Assembly (NCBI GenBank): GCA_035289425.1
Contig: DATDXC010000074.1
Coordinates: forward strand, 1-63,823
DNA length: 63,823 nucleotides
Direction: 5' to 3'
Origin: Candidatus Nanoarchaeia archaeon
GTDB lineage: Archaea > Nanobdellota > Nanobdellia > Woesearchaeales > DATDXC01
Below the pieces are notes generated by a model. The model searched no databases. It was given only the letters and a program-made list of their open reading frames with translations, and was not told where the DNA came from. This document shows, piece after piece, positions 1 to 8,275 of the stretch (position 1 is the first letter of the stretch; each line of letters starts with the position of its first letter). The position numbers and the translations under genes were made by a program.

Positions 1-91
1 GATTGCAGCCGACTAAGTCGGCAATCTGTTGCTGCGTTTTGTCTTCTTTGCTCCATTTCAGAACGAGTTCTCGTGTTTGTAGGTTTATCAT
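1..91 (-). CDS. partial CDS (N-terminus only, continues beyond window edge): helix-turn-helix protein
   Basis: ATG at 91 on the minus strand. Translation MINLQTRELVLKWSKEDKTQQQIADLVGCN... resembles the HTH of transposase/resolvase-type DNA-binding domains. Only 30 codons are visible. Confidence 0.3.
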   Translation of the reverse strand, partial: MINLQTRELVLKWSKEDKTQQQIADLVGCN

Positions 92-127
92 ACAATTACA
101 GAAGCAGAACTAGTATATAAATATGCG

Positions 128-547
128 TTATTTTTGTCTTACACTATACACCTTTATGACTTCTTTGATGCTTGTGGCACCCTTTAGATTCAGCTTTTCG
201 TTTCCAGGACAATATGCACTTTTGATGATTTCTCCATCTGAGAATAATCCTGCTGTGATGATGGGGAAGGCGTGACAGAGGATGGGCCGGTCTTCATAGA
301 TGGTGCAAGCATGATCCTTGTAGAATGGGCAATCATGATGGTTGAATTTCTGCAGAATCACCAACTCCTGCTTCGACTTTTCATCTGAGAGAGCCAAAGA
401 TGGCTGCAGATCAAGATGGATGTTCCGTTCTTTGGCGATTTGTGCCAGCTTCTTTGCCTCAAAACCGAAGACCACCATACCAAAAGAGGTAACGTCAGGC
501 AGGCTGGTGCAACATTTACCACAGCGGGTACATTCGAATTTTTGCAT
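128..547 (-). CDS. YkgJ/UPF0153-type cysteine-cluster (CxxCxxCC) putative Fe-S/zinc-binding protein
   Basis: N-terminal CTRCGKCC motif plus downstream HHDCPF...HACTIYEDRPILCH, the pattern of the CxxCxxCC family. Confidence 0.65.
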   Translation of the reverse strand: MQKFECTRCGKCCTSLPDVTSFGMVVFGFEAKKLAQIAKERNIHLDLQPSLALSDEKSKQELVILQKFNHHDCPFYKDHACTIYEDRPILCHAFPIITAGLFSDGEIIKSAYCPGNEKLNLKGATSIKEVIKVYSVRQK

Positions 548-636
548 CTTTACTTAAGATAAGTTGTGATTTATATTGATTATGTTGAAACAATACCATT
601 CCACCATTCTATGGTTTGATGGTCAAAATTGAAGTA

Positions 637-709
637 TGAGCCTGCAGGGATTCGAACCCTGATTAGCTGGTCCGAAGCCAACTGTGCTAATCCGTTACAC
701 CACAGGCCC
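637..709 (-). tRNA. tRNA-Arg (anticodon UCG)
   Basis: The reverse complement folds as a cloverleaf: acceptor GGGCCUG/CAGGCUC, D arm GUGU-AACGGAUUA-GCAC, anticodon arm GUUGG-CUUCGGA-CCAGC, T arm CAGGG-UUCGAAU-CCCUG. No CCA is encoded. The + strand ORF 629-832 is a shadow of it. Confidence 0.85.
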
Positions 710-855
710 GTGTTCAAAGACAAAAATAGAGAACTATATAAAACTAATCAAAACCGATGCTTGATGAGGCGCTTCATAAATCACCTTGTGGACTGGATGG
801 CTTGCTGCAGCGCAGACTCTTCTCTATCATAGATTTCAATTCGTAGCATCTCACA

Positions 856-1137
856 TCACTTCTTACTCAATGTTATCTCAATTACAGAGACTCTTACATC
901 TTTCCCTTCCTGGTTTTTGAAGCCTTCAGAGTCTATCCTGATATTTTTCACTATTATAGTGTTCTCCAGAAACCTCTTGGTGGAAACTTCAGCGACATCA
1001 ACAGCCCTGCTTATGAATTTGCCTCTTGCTTTCAGAATGACTTCCGATGCATTCTTGGTAGTGAACTGCATAACCACACCAGTTATATAGTTCATGAAAG
1101 GCTTTCCTCCTATGAAGATACTGTTATCTTCATGCAT
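856..1137 (-). CDS. albA: Alba (Sac10b) DNA/RNA-binding chromatin protein
   Basis: 93 aa with KPFMNYITGVVMQF...ILKARGKFISRAVDVAE..., typical of the Alba family. Confidence 0.9.
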   Translation of the reverse strand: MHEDNSIFIGGKPFMNYITGVVMQFTTKNASEVILKARGKFISRAVDVAEVSTKRFLENTIIVKNIRIDSEGFKNQEGKDVRVSVIEITLSKK

Positions 1138-1139
1138 GG

Positions 1140-1325
1140 CTATCCCTTCTTGATAGATTTAGTAATATACCCCGCAATGGTATTCCTAACTTTCTTGCTC
1201 TGGATTTCAGCGAGACCCGAGACAGCTTTCTTATTTTCCTCATAATCAGTTGAGAACTTTTCCCTGTGCTCAGCGATCAGGTCTCTTGTTACCCTTTTTA
1301 CCAGCTTTGTCTTTATTCTTCCCAT
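1140..1325 (-). CDS. rps17e: 30S ribosomal protein S17e
   Basis: Track ORF trimmed to the internal ATG at 1325. MGRIKTKLVKRVTRDLIAEHREKFSTDYEENKK... matches eS17. A TTTATAAA box lies at 1365-1372 and GGTGAT sits immediately upstream of the ATG. Confidence 0.85.
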   Translation of the reverse strand: MGRIKTKLVKRVTRDLIAEHREKFSTDYEENKKAVSGLAEIQSKKVRNTIAGYITKSIKKG

Positions 1326-1410
1326 GTAATCACCGTTGTTAGTGGCATGTATGGGTGCTGAAATTTTGTTTATAAAGGTTTCGAAAAAGTCGTTATAGAT
1401 AGTGGCATTC

Positions 1411-1548
1411 GGTAACAACAACTATGACGGCAAACCAGTTTTACTTCGTAAAACCTCTAGCTCAGAGATGTCGGAGACCAAATATATCTGAGCATGTTAA
1501 AAATTTTTTATTTTTAACACTTCACCCATTTGCGTCATTGTTGTTACC
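1411..1548. other. 138-nt structured element closed by a long-range inverted repeat (possible structured 5' leader or ncRNA)
   Basis: Left arm GGTAACAACAACTATGACG (1411-1429) pairs with right arm CGTCATTGTTGTTACC (1533-1548): 11 bp, a 3-nt bulge, then 5 bp. The interior holds perfect hairpins GTTTTAC-TTC-GTAAAAC (1438-1454) and GTTAAAAAT-TTTTT-ATTTTTAAC (1496-1518). It lies between the palindromic TATA box at 1365-1372 and the ATG at 1594. Confidence 0.4.
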
Positions 1549-1593
1549 TCATTTGGGGTTCCCATCCAATTTGGCATAGTCATACACTTAGGA

Positions 1594-2772
1594 ATGTCTC
1601 TTTTTTACGGAATCTTTAAAAAAGCTATTCCACTCCTTTCTGAAATGCCGGAAGCAATTGGACCATTAACAGAGTTAGTACAGCGAGCTATTCTGGCAAA
1701 TGATTTAACCCATTCTTTTATATGGGATTTTATGACTGCACCTAGCGACAGATTACGTGAAAATCTTGTTCATCTTGATGGGAATTACTTAGTAGCAGGT
1801 GGAAGCGGTAAGATGGGTCCAGAACTAGGTGCTATGATAGCCAGAGCGGATTCTGAACAAGATGTAGTAGTGTCAGCTAGATTTTCAAAAGGCAGGCCTT
1901 CCCAATTAAATCAATATGGAAATGTGGTCCTATCTCAAGCAGATTTTTTAAGGCCAGAGGAATTGGCAGCGATGCCTACTGCTCCCCATATAGTTTATAT
2001 GGTCGGAAGGAAATTTGATATAACTAAAAGAGATGATCTCTTAACAGCTCATCAGCTCAATGTCATATTACCTGAGCGATTTGCAAGGCGTCATTCTAAA
2101 TCAGATAGGATAGTTGTGTTTTCCTCAGGCAACCCCTATGAAAAGACCTATTTTGACGCAGGAGGTTCTCGTGAGAATGATCCTTTGGGTCCAACTTTTC
2201 CTTACGGATTCGGTGTTTTGGGGAGAGAAATGTCCTTTGAAAGTGTCGCTAGGGAAACAGGAACAAGACTTTCCTTTAATCGTTTGATGTACTCTCAACA
2301 TTTTTGTTATGGGGTTATAGTAGATTTGGCTAGAAAAGTTCAAAAAAATGAAGAAATCTATTTGGCAAAAGCACCATTCATAAATCTTATTTGGCAGAAT
2401 GATGCTAATGAATCTGCTATCGATCAACTTCTGACAGCATCCAGCAGTTCTTCAGGTAAAGGTACTGCTCCCGGTATCCAATTACATCCTGAAAATGAAA
2501 AATATGCAACTATAATGAATGTTGCAGGTCCCTGTGTTGAAGTTAGGTATATTGTAGAGAAATTAGGTGAAGTAATTGGACTAACATTTAGGATTGTCGA
2601 CACCGATAACCAGCATTCTCTTCTTGCAAATGATAGTAGATACAGGGACCATTTCTTACCTGACAAAAAATATAGATTTGCAGTTGATGATATGATCACT
2701 GCTGTTGGACTTTGGGTCAAGAATCATGGGGAAAATTGGAATATACCTACTCATTTCGGCGAGAAGATGTAG
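1594..2772 (+). CDS. NAD(P)-binding epimerase/dehydratase-like (extended SDR-like) protein
   Basis: VAGGSGKMG Rossmann glycine motif and an extended-SDR-like layout. The 3' end overlaps the apgM 3' end by 26 nt (convergent). Specific function cannot be assigned. Confidence 0.5.
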   Translation: MSLFYGIFKKAIPLLSEMPEAIGPLTELVQRAILANDLTHSFIWDFMTAPSDRLRENLVHLDGNYLVAGGSGKMGPELGAMIARADSEQDVVVSARFSKGRPSQLNQYGNVVLSQADFLRPEELAAMPTAPHIVYMVGRKFDITKRDDLLTAHQLNVILPERFARRHSKSDRIVVFSSGNPYEKTYFDAGGSRENDPLGPTFPYGFGVLGREMSFESVARETGTRLSFNRLMYSQHFCYGVIVDLARKVQKNEEIYLAKAPFINLIWQNDANESAIDQLLTASSSSSGKGTAPGIQLHPENEKYATIMNVAGPCVEVRYIVEKLGEVIGLTFRIVDTDNQHSLLANDSRYRDHFLPDKKYRFAVDDMITAVGLWVKNHGENWNIPTHFGEKM

Positions 2773-3988
2773 TCTTCTGCAGCAGATTTTTTATGAATTG
2801 GTCCTTCTCCAGCAAGCCATAGGCTCCTTTACTGCAGCTGAGCTCGTCATATTGTTTTACCTGATCTGGTCTCACTTTTTTGTCATATATAAGGAATGGA
2901 ATGGGTTCAGCTACGTGAATTCTCAATTCACAGGGTGTTGGGTGGTCGGGGAGCAATCCAATTCTTATCGGTTCTTTGAGATTATCAAGAACCCTGCCGA
3001 GCAAACGCTTATCAAAGTCTTCAATGGTCTTAACTTTTAGTTTTGCATTGCCTTCATGGCCTGCTTCATCAGGCCCTTCCAGATGGACATAGACTAAATC
3101 ATGGTCTTTCAATGCCTCAATGCATGCATCGGCTTTCCCTTCATAATTGGTGTCATGCAGGCCTGTTGCGCCAGGAACGTCAATAACATCAAATCCTGCA
3201 TAAATGCCCAGGCCTTTGATAAGGTCTACTGCTGAAATGACTGCACCCTTAATGCCATACAACTCCGGGAATGTCTTCATAGATGGCTTTTTGCCTGGGG
3301 ACCAGGGCCATACCATATTGGCAGGATCTTTTCCCTCTTTTATTCTTTGGATATTGACCGGATGTTTTTCCAGTATTGGCTTAGAATCCAGCATAAGCTT
3401 GTTCAATATCTGCGCCGTTGATGCTCCTCTCTCTGATTTTGCCTTGACCATCAATTTTGCGACTGGTTCCCCTGGGTGATCATGCGGCGGGCAACACTCA
3501 ACCTGCTCAGAGTAATCATCCTTGAGAACCAGCAAATGCCGATAGCTGACCCCTGGATATAATTTAACCTTATCATTGCCGAGCTGGGTGTCTAATGTCC
3601 TAATCAGTTCTGCTGATTCTTTGTTGGTTATGTGTCCTGCAGAGTGATTCTTGATCTTGTTGTTTTCTATACATAGCGTATTCAATCTAAACGCAACATC
3701 ATCCTCATCCAATTCAATCCCCATGGAAGCTGCTTCTAAGACGCCTCTGCCGTGGAAATGCACCAATGGATCATAGCCAAGCACTGATAGGTTTGCAACT
3801 GCTGATCCAGTATTGAAATTAGGAGGGATTGTCTTGAACATGCCGCATCTGCCTTTTTTTGCAAGCATGTCAATATGGGGTTTTTCAGCTGCCATCAAAG
3901 GCGTCTTATTGCCAAGTCCCTTTATGGGGTGATCAGCAGCACCATCAATGAGGAATACAATATATTTCATATCTGATAGAAATTTCAA
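2747..3988 (-). CDS. apgM: 2,3-bisphosphoglycerate-independent phosphoglycerate mutase, archaeal type
   Basis: MKYIVFLIDGAADHP, HLEGPDEAGHEGN and LLPDHPTP motifs of ApgM (alkaline-phosphatase superfamily). The true start may be the ATG at 3970. Confidence 0.9.
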   Translation of the reverse strand: MKFLSDMKYIVFLIDGAADHPIKGLGNKTPLMAAEKPHIDMLAKKGRCGMFKTIPPNFNTGSAVANLSVLGYDPLVHFHGRGVLEAASMGIELDEDDVAFRLNTLCIENNKIKNHSAGHITNKESAELIRTLDTQLGNDKVKLYPGVSYRHLLVLKDDYSEQVECCPPHDHPGEPVAKLMVKAKSERGASTAQILNKLMLDSKPILEKHPVNIQRIKEGKDPANMVWPWSPGKKPSMKTFPELYGIKGAVISAVDLIKGLGIYAGFDVIDVPGATGLHDTNYEGKADACIEALKDHDLVYVHLEGPDEAGHEGNAKLKVKTIEDFDKRLLGRVLDNLKEPIRIGLLPDHPTPCELRIHVAEPIPFLIYDKKVRPDQVKQYDELSCSKGAYGLLEKDQFIKNLLQKTTSSRRNE

Positions 3989-4485
3989 ATCCCTTTATAA
4001 ATTTTCTCCAGAATCAGCTGGACGCTTTCTGTTACGCCATGCCCGTCTATCGTAACTGTCACATCAGCGTACCTTGCATAGATTGGTTTTCGATAATCAT
4101 ATACCTGCTTCAGGGTATTTCCTTTCAACCCTACAATGATATTCATGCGGTTTTTATCAAATCTTTTTTCAATTATCTCAAATGGAACATCCACGAATAC
4201 AATCTTGGATATTTTCTTCAGGTGCTGCATGGCCTTTTTAGAGAGGATGCAGCTTCCGCCTGGCGCAAAGAGCTTCTTGTTGCCATCAAGCTCGCACAAG
4301 ACCTGTTCTTCAACCAGCATGAATGCATCATCCCCTTCCTTGTTTAGGATGTCATTAATCATCCTGCCCCTTTTCTCAATCTCCACATCACCATCTACAA
4401 ATTCAAGATCAAGCTCTTTTGCCAGCAATTTCCCCAAGGTTGATTTTCCTGAAGCTGCCATGCCGATAAGGGTAATATTTTCCAT
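3985..4485 (-). CDS. aroK: P-loop kinase, bacterial AroK-type shikimate kinase-like
   Basis: LIGMAASGKSTLGKLLAKELDLEFVDGDVEIEKR...APGGSCIL is collinear with AroK/AroL. The stop overlaps the apgM start as given in the track. Confidence 0.6.
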   Translation of the reverse strand: MENITLIGMAASGKSTLGKLLAKELDLEFVDGDVEIEKRGRMINDILNKEGDDAFMLVEEQVLCELDGNKKLFAPGGSCILSKKAMQHLKKISKIVFVDVPFEIIEKRFDKNRMNIIVGLKGNTLKQVYDYRKPIYARYADVTVTIDGHGVTESVQLILEKIYKGI

Positions 4486-4617
4486 GGAGCCAGAAAAACC
4501 GGGCAGTGTTTATAAATCTTTTTTGTGATATCTACCATTTTAGGACAAAATATCAGGCATATGTTTAAATAAACAACTCGATTCTTTATGAGAAAAATAT
4601 TCAATGGGGTGGTTATA

Positions 4618-5709
4618 ATGGCAGTGGCGCCTGTTAGATTCGCAATAAATGGATTTGGAAGAATAGGGCGGTTAGTGTATAGAGCAGCACAACCAGCTAT
4701 TGAAGCAGGTGAATTGGAAGCAGTCGCTATCAATGATTTGAAGGAAGCAAAAGTTCTTGCTCATTTATTTAAGTATGATAGTGCTCATGGGACTTATGAA
4801 GGGGAAGTTTCAGTGGCTGGTGATATTATTTCGGTTAATGGAAGAAAATTAAAAGCTCTTAAGGTTAAGGAAACACCTGAGAATCTTCCTTGGTCAGAAT
4901 ATCAACCTGATTGGGTTGTTGAGTCAACAGGATTATGGAGGACAAATAAACAGATTGGGGGACACTTTAAGGGCGGGGCGGGGAATGTTATTTTAACCGT
5001 TCCTTCTCAAGACCAGATCGACTATACCGTGGTACTTGGCGTTAATGAGGAAGGATTATTTAGCGACATAAATGCTGGCAGGACTGGGATGATTGTATCT
5101 AATGCTTCCTGCACAACTAACTGCTTGGCTCCTTTAGCAAAGACTATTGATGAAGCTTTTGGTGTTGAGGGCGGATTTATGGCGACAGTTCATTCTCCAA
5201 CTAATGATCAAGTAGTGAGGGATGGTATGCATTCTGATTTAAGAAGGGCAAGAGCAGCAGATTATAACATAATTCCCACCACAACTGGGGCTGCAGCAGC
5301 AATCGGAAAAGTGTATGCGCCGCTCGATGGGAGACTAGATGGAATGGCACTTAGAGTTCCTGTGCAGGATGGTTCTCTTGTCTATTTGGTTGTAAATTTA
5401 AGAGCAGAAGTAACGTCAGCTGACATTCATCGTGTTATGGCAGAAGCTGCGGGTAGACTACCAAGAATAATTGGATATGTAACCGCCCCAATAGTTTCTT
5501 CTGACATTCTGGGCAATACCCATTCATGCATCTTTGATGCAGACCCCCAATTTAGTAAGGTGTTGCCATCTGATCCGACTAGAATTAAAGATGACAATGC
5601 GCCAGGGAGGATGGCTCAGTTAATGGCATGGTATGATAATGAAGTAGGCTATTCAACTCGGGTTGTAGACATCATGAGACAAACTTTTAAAGCTCGCGCA
5701 AATAAGTAG
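4618..5709 (+). CDS. gapA: glyceraldehyde-3-phosphate dehydrogenase, class I (bacterial/eukaryotic type)
   Basis: NGFGRIGRLV NAD motif, SNASCTTNCLAP catalytic Cys motif and IPTTTGAAAAIGKV. Start moved to the ATG at 4618, which follows a GGGGTGG SD. Confidence 0.9.
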   Translation: MAVAPVRFAINGFGRIGRLVYRAAQPAIEAGELEAVAINDLKEAKVLAHLFKYDSAHGTYEGEVSVAGDIISVNGRKLKALKVKETPENLPWSEYQPDWVVESTGLWRTNKQIGGHFKGGAGNVILTVPSQDQIDYTVVLGVNEEGLFSDINAGRTGMIVSNASCTTNCLAPLAKTIDEAFGVEGGFMATVHSPTNDQVVRDGMHSDLRRARAADYNIIPTTTGAAAAIGKVYAPLDGRLDGMALRVPVQDGSLVYLVVNLRAEVTSADIHRVMAEAAGRLPRIIGYVTAPIVSSDILGNTHSCIFDADPQFSKVLPSDPTRIKDDNAPGRMAQLMAWYDNEVGYSTRVVDIMRQTFKARANK

Positions 5710-5710
5710 T

Positions 5711-7048
5711 TTACTTTATCTTTTCCTTTACTTTTTCATATTCTTTAGAAACAATCTGGAAATATTCTTCTTTTTCATCAAGACCAATCAGGCTTTTTGG
5801 CAACTTTGGCTCAATTCCCAGCAGCTTTTGGATCTTCTCAGGGAACTTTGCCGGATCAGCGGTTTCCAAACAGACCGTAGTTAGGTTTAATCCAGCTTTT
5901 TCATATGCTGCCAATGCAACAGCCACATGCGGCTCGATCAAAGTGCCATATTTTTTGTAATATTTGACTATGGTTTGATCCACTTCCTTGTCTGAGACAG
6001 AATAGCTGACGAAATCTCTTTTTAGCGCATCCATGTCAGGTTTCTGCTTGAGAACTCCTGCTTTGAGAACTTTTCCATTTTCATCCCGTTCGTCAGCCAG
6101 CCAACCGCCATACATATCGATTAACCTTGCTAGATTACTGGGATGGCCTACGTTCATCGCATTCGAAGAACAGTTTTTCGATGGAACCACCGGATTATAT
6201 GCCCCTGATTTCAGGAATTGGGGGAATTCATCATTTTCATTGACTGCCACAATAAACCTTTCAATAGGCAAGCCCATTTTCTTAATCAGCACACCTCCCA
6301 TCAGATTGCCAAAGTTGCCTGAAGGCACTGAAAAAATCCTGTTGTGAATCCTTGAATAGGCATAGATATAGTACACCATCTGGGGCATCAGCCTACCGAA
6401 ATTTATGGAGTTGGCTGACGTAAGGTTTAAGTGAGATAAATCCTTATCGTTAAAAGCCCGCTTCACGATTGCTTGGCAGTCATCAAAAGTACCTTTTATT
6501 GCCAATGCCTTCACATTTCCCCCTAAGGTGGTCATCTGTTTCCTTTGGGTGTCAGAGACTTCCTTCTCAGGGAATAAAATAATCACTTTTATACCAAGTA
6601 AATTATAAAAAGCTGATGCTACTGCACTGCCGGTATCTCCTGATGTAGCAACCAGCACTGTCAGCTTCTTTTTTTCATCTTTGGCGAAATAATCCATCAA
6701 TCTGGCCATCAGCCTTGCAGCAAAATCCTTGAAAGAAGCTGTGGGGCCCCTGTCTAAGCGCATTATGAATGATGTATCTGAAAGCCTCTCTAACGGCACA
6801 GTGAAGTTATAGGCATCCCTGCATAGTTTCTTTAATGTATCATTAGGAATCTGGTCTTTGAGGAATTTCTTGGCTACTTCGAAAGCTATTTCATGATACT
6901 CTAGATGGGTAAATGAGTCAATTTCCACTTGAGAGAATTGAGGCAATTGTACAGGCATGTAGAGCCCGTAATCAGGAGCCTGGCCTTTAAGCAAAGCTTC
7001 TTTGAATGAAACTTCAGGCGCAGAATTATTTGTGCTTCGGAATCTCAT
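5711..7048 (-). CDS. thrC: threonine synthase
   Basis: PLP-lysine context SFKDFAARLMA and the SGDTGSAVASAF loop. 445 aa with a ThrC-like layout. Confidence 0.85.
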   Translation of the reverse strand: MRFRSTNNSAPEVSFKEALLKGQAPDYGLYMPVQLPQFSQVEIDSFTHLEYHEIAFEVAKKFLKDQIPNDTLKKLCRDAYNFTVPLERLSDTSFIMRLDRGPTASFKDFAARLMARLMDYFAKDEKKKLTVLVATSGDTGSAVASAFYNLLGIKVIILFPEKEVSDTQRKQMTTLGGNVKALAIKGTFDDCQAIVKRAFNDKDLSHLNLTSANSINFGRLMPQMVYYIYAYSRIHNRIFSVPSGNFGNLMGGVLIKKMGLPIERFIVAVNENDEFPQFLKSGAYNPVVPSKNCSSNAMNVGHPSNLARLIDMYGGWLADERDENGKVLKAGVLKQKPDMDALKRDFVSYSVSDKEVDQTIVKYYKKYGTLIEPHVAVALAAYEKAGLNLTTVCLETADPAKFPEKIQKLLGIEPKLPKSLIGLDEKEEYFQIVSKEYEKVKEKIK

Positions 7049-7080
7049 TTTTAATTAGAAATAGCCGTGATTTAAAAAAC

Positions 7081-7806
7081 TTAGCATAACTCTGCTATAA
7101 TCTTAGCGCCGACTGTTGCAGTTTTTCCCCCGGGGTCGTTCTTGGAATCAATCTCTGAAAGATCCCACGCCCTGAGGTTATGCATCTTTTTTAATCTTTT
7201 TAGGAAGAATAACAATTCCCTTGTGGTCAAACCGCCTGGTTCTGGACAGTTAGTTCCTGGTGCAAATGCAGGATCCAATACATCCATGTCAATGCTGATG
7301 TACAGAGCATTAAATTCCTTCGCAACTACCATAATACTTTCTGAAATTTCCTGCAATCCTTCAGCAGCTATCTCATGCATGGAGAAATATTTAATGTTGT
7401 TCTTCTTAATAAATTTGTATTCTGCTGGCTTCCACGCCCTGGTCCCCACCAGTATAATATTCTCTTTTTTGATCAAATTCTTATGTATCAAGCCAAGGAG
7501 CAAATCCTCGGTACGGTATGTTGCATCCGCGTCAGGGTGAGCATCGAATATTACCATTCCAGGGTTTACGGGAAATACCTCACAAAATGCCTTTGCAATC
7601 GGTAAAGTTATTTCATGACTTTTCCCTAAGAATAGCGGCTTTAATGTCTCTTTAAGCGTCTCAATGGCTTTGGCATGAATGCTTGTGGAATTCTCATCTA
7701 TTTCAAGAGTTATCATGGATCCATCCTCTGTCAGAAATGATTTCTTGCAATAACTTAAAATCCTGTTTGCTTCAGTTTGATCTGGGAATAGGGAGATAAC
7801 TTTCAT
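7081..7806 (-). CDS. speB: agmatinase-like ureohydrolase (arginase family)
   Basis: Mn-binding motifs GKSHEITL, DAHPDA, SIDMDVLDPAFAPG and DLSEID. Short form, 241 aa. Confidence 0.8.
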   Translation of the reverse strand: MKVISLFPDQTEANRILSYCKKSFLTEDGSMITLEIDENSTSIHAKAIETLKETLKPLFLGKSHEITLPIAKAFCEVFPVNPGMVIFDAHPDADATYRTEDLLLGLIHKNLIKKENIILVGTRAWKPAEYKFIKKNNIKYFSMHEIAAEGLQEISESIMVVAKEFNALYISIDMDVLDPAFAPGTNCPEPGGLTTRELLFFLKRLKKMHNLRAWDLSEIDSKNDPGGKTATVGAKIIAELC

Positions 7807-8180
7807 TGTGTCCTGCTAAAGCGGGGAATATCTCTCTTAGTTGCATGAACTATGGCATCATGGACCTCATTTTCAAGGCCTTCAACTCTACCCTCAAGGT
7901 AAAATTGGCAGGTAACCCTTTCGGTTCTCGGTTTTGACCTAAGAATTGTAATCACAATGCCTTGGTCACTATTGGGGGTATGTATAACTCCCTCACTGTA
8001 AAGTGTGCCCATTCTGGATACCCCCATATGGTTATGATGGTAACCCATAAATCTCATTTCATTTATGAGTCTAACGAGAAAATCAATCTCTTGCGGCCCA
8101 TATGTAGCCCCCCCTGCATAAGCTACACGACTGAAGTCGGGCATACCCTCTGCTACCCGATATCTAAGGTGGGATTGCAT
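7803..8180 (-). CDS. hypothetical protein, translationally coupled to the agmatinase-like gene
   Basis: 125 aa with no motif I recognise. Arg/Gly/His-rich composition, unlike its neighbours. The stop overlaps the downstream start by 4 nt. Confidence 0.5.
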   Translation of the reverse strand: MQSHLRYRVAEGMPDFSRVAYAGGATYGPQEIDFLVRLINEMRFMGYHHNHMGVSRMGTLYSEGVIHTPNSDQGIVITILRSKPRTERVTCQFYLEGRVEGLENEVHDAIVHATKRDIPRFSRTQ

Positions 8181-8275
8181 GGTTGCAGGGATTGCAATCT
8201 GATTTAAATATTCTTCGTTGTGGCATACAAAGATTTAAATAAAAATAATTTTTCTGTGATGCTGAGGTGGTTTTT

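Noticed and set aside
1-91. An IS element or transposase at the left edge
   Set aside because: Only 30 codons of an HTH-like N-terminus are visible. No inverted repeats or target duplication can be assessed.
629-832. 67-aa plus-strand ORF
   Set aside because: Its 5' part is the reverse complement of a well-folding tRNA-Arg, and there is no independent coding evidence.
7803-8180. Calling the orphan upstream of speB a pyruvoyl-dependent arginine decarboxylase or SAM decarboxylase
   Set aside because: There is no collinearity with PdaD or SpeH/SpeD sequences as I recall them, and no recognisable self-cleavage motif context. It is kept as hypothetical.
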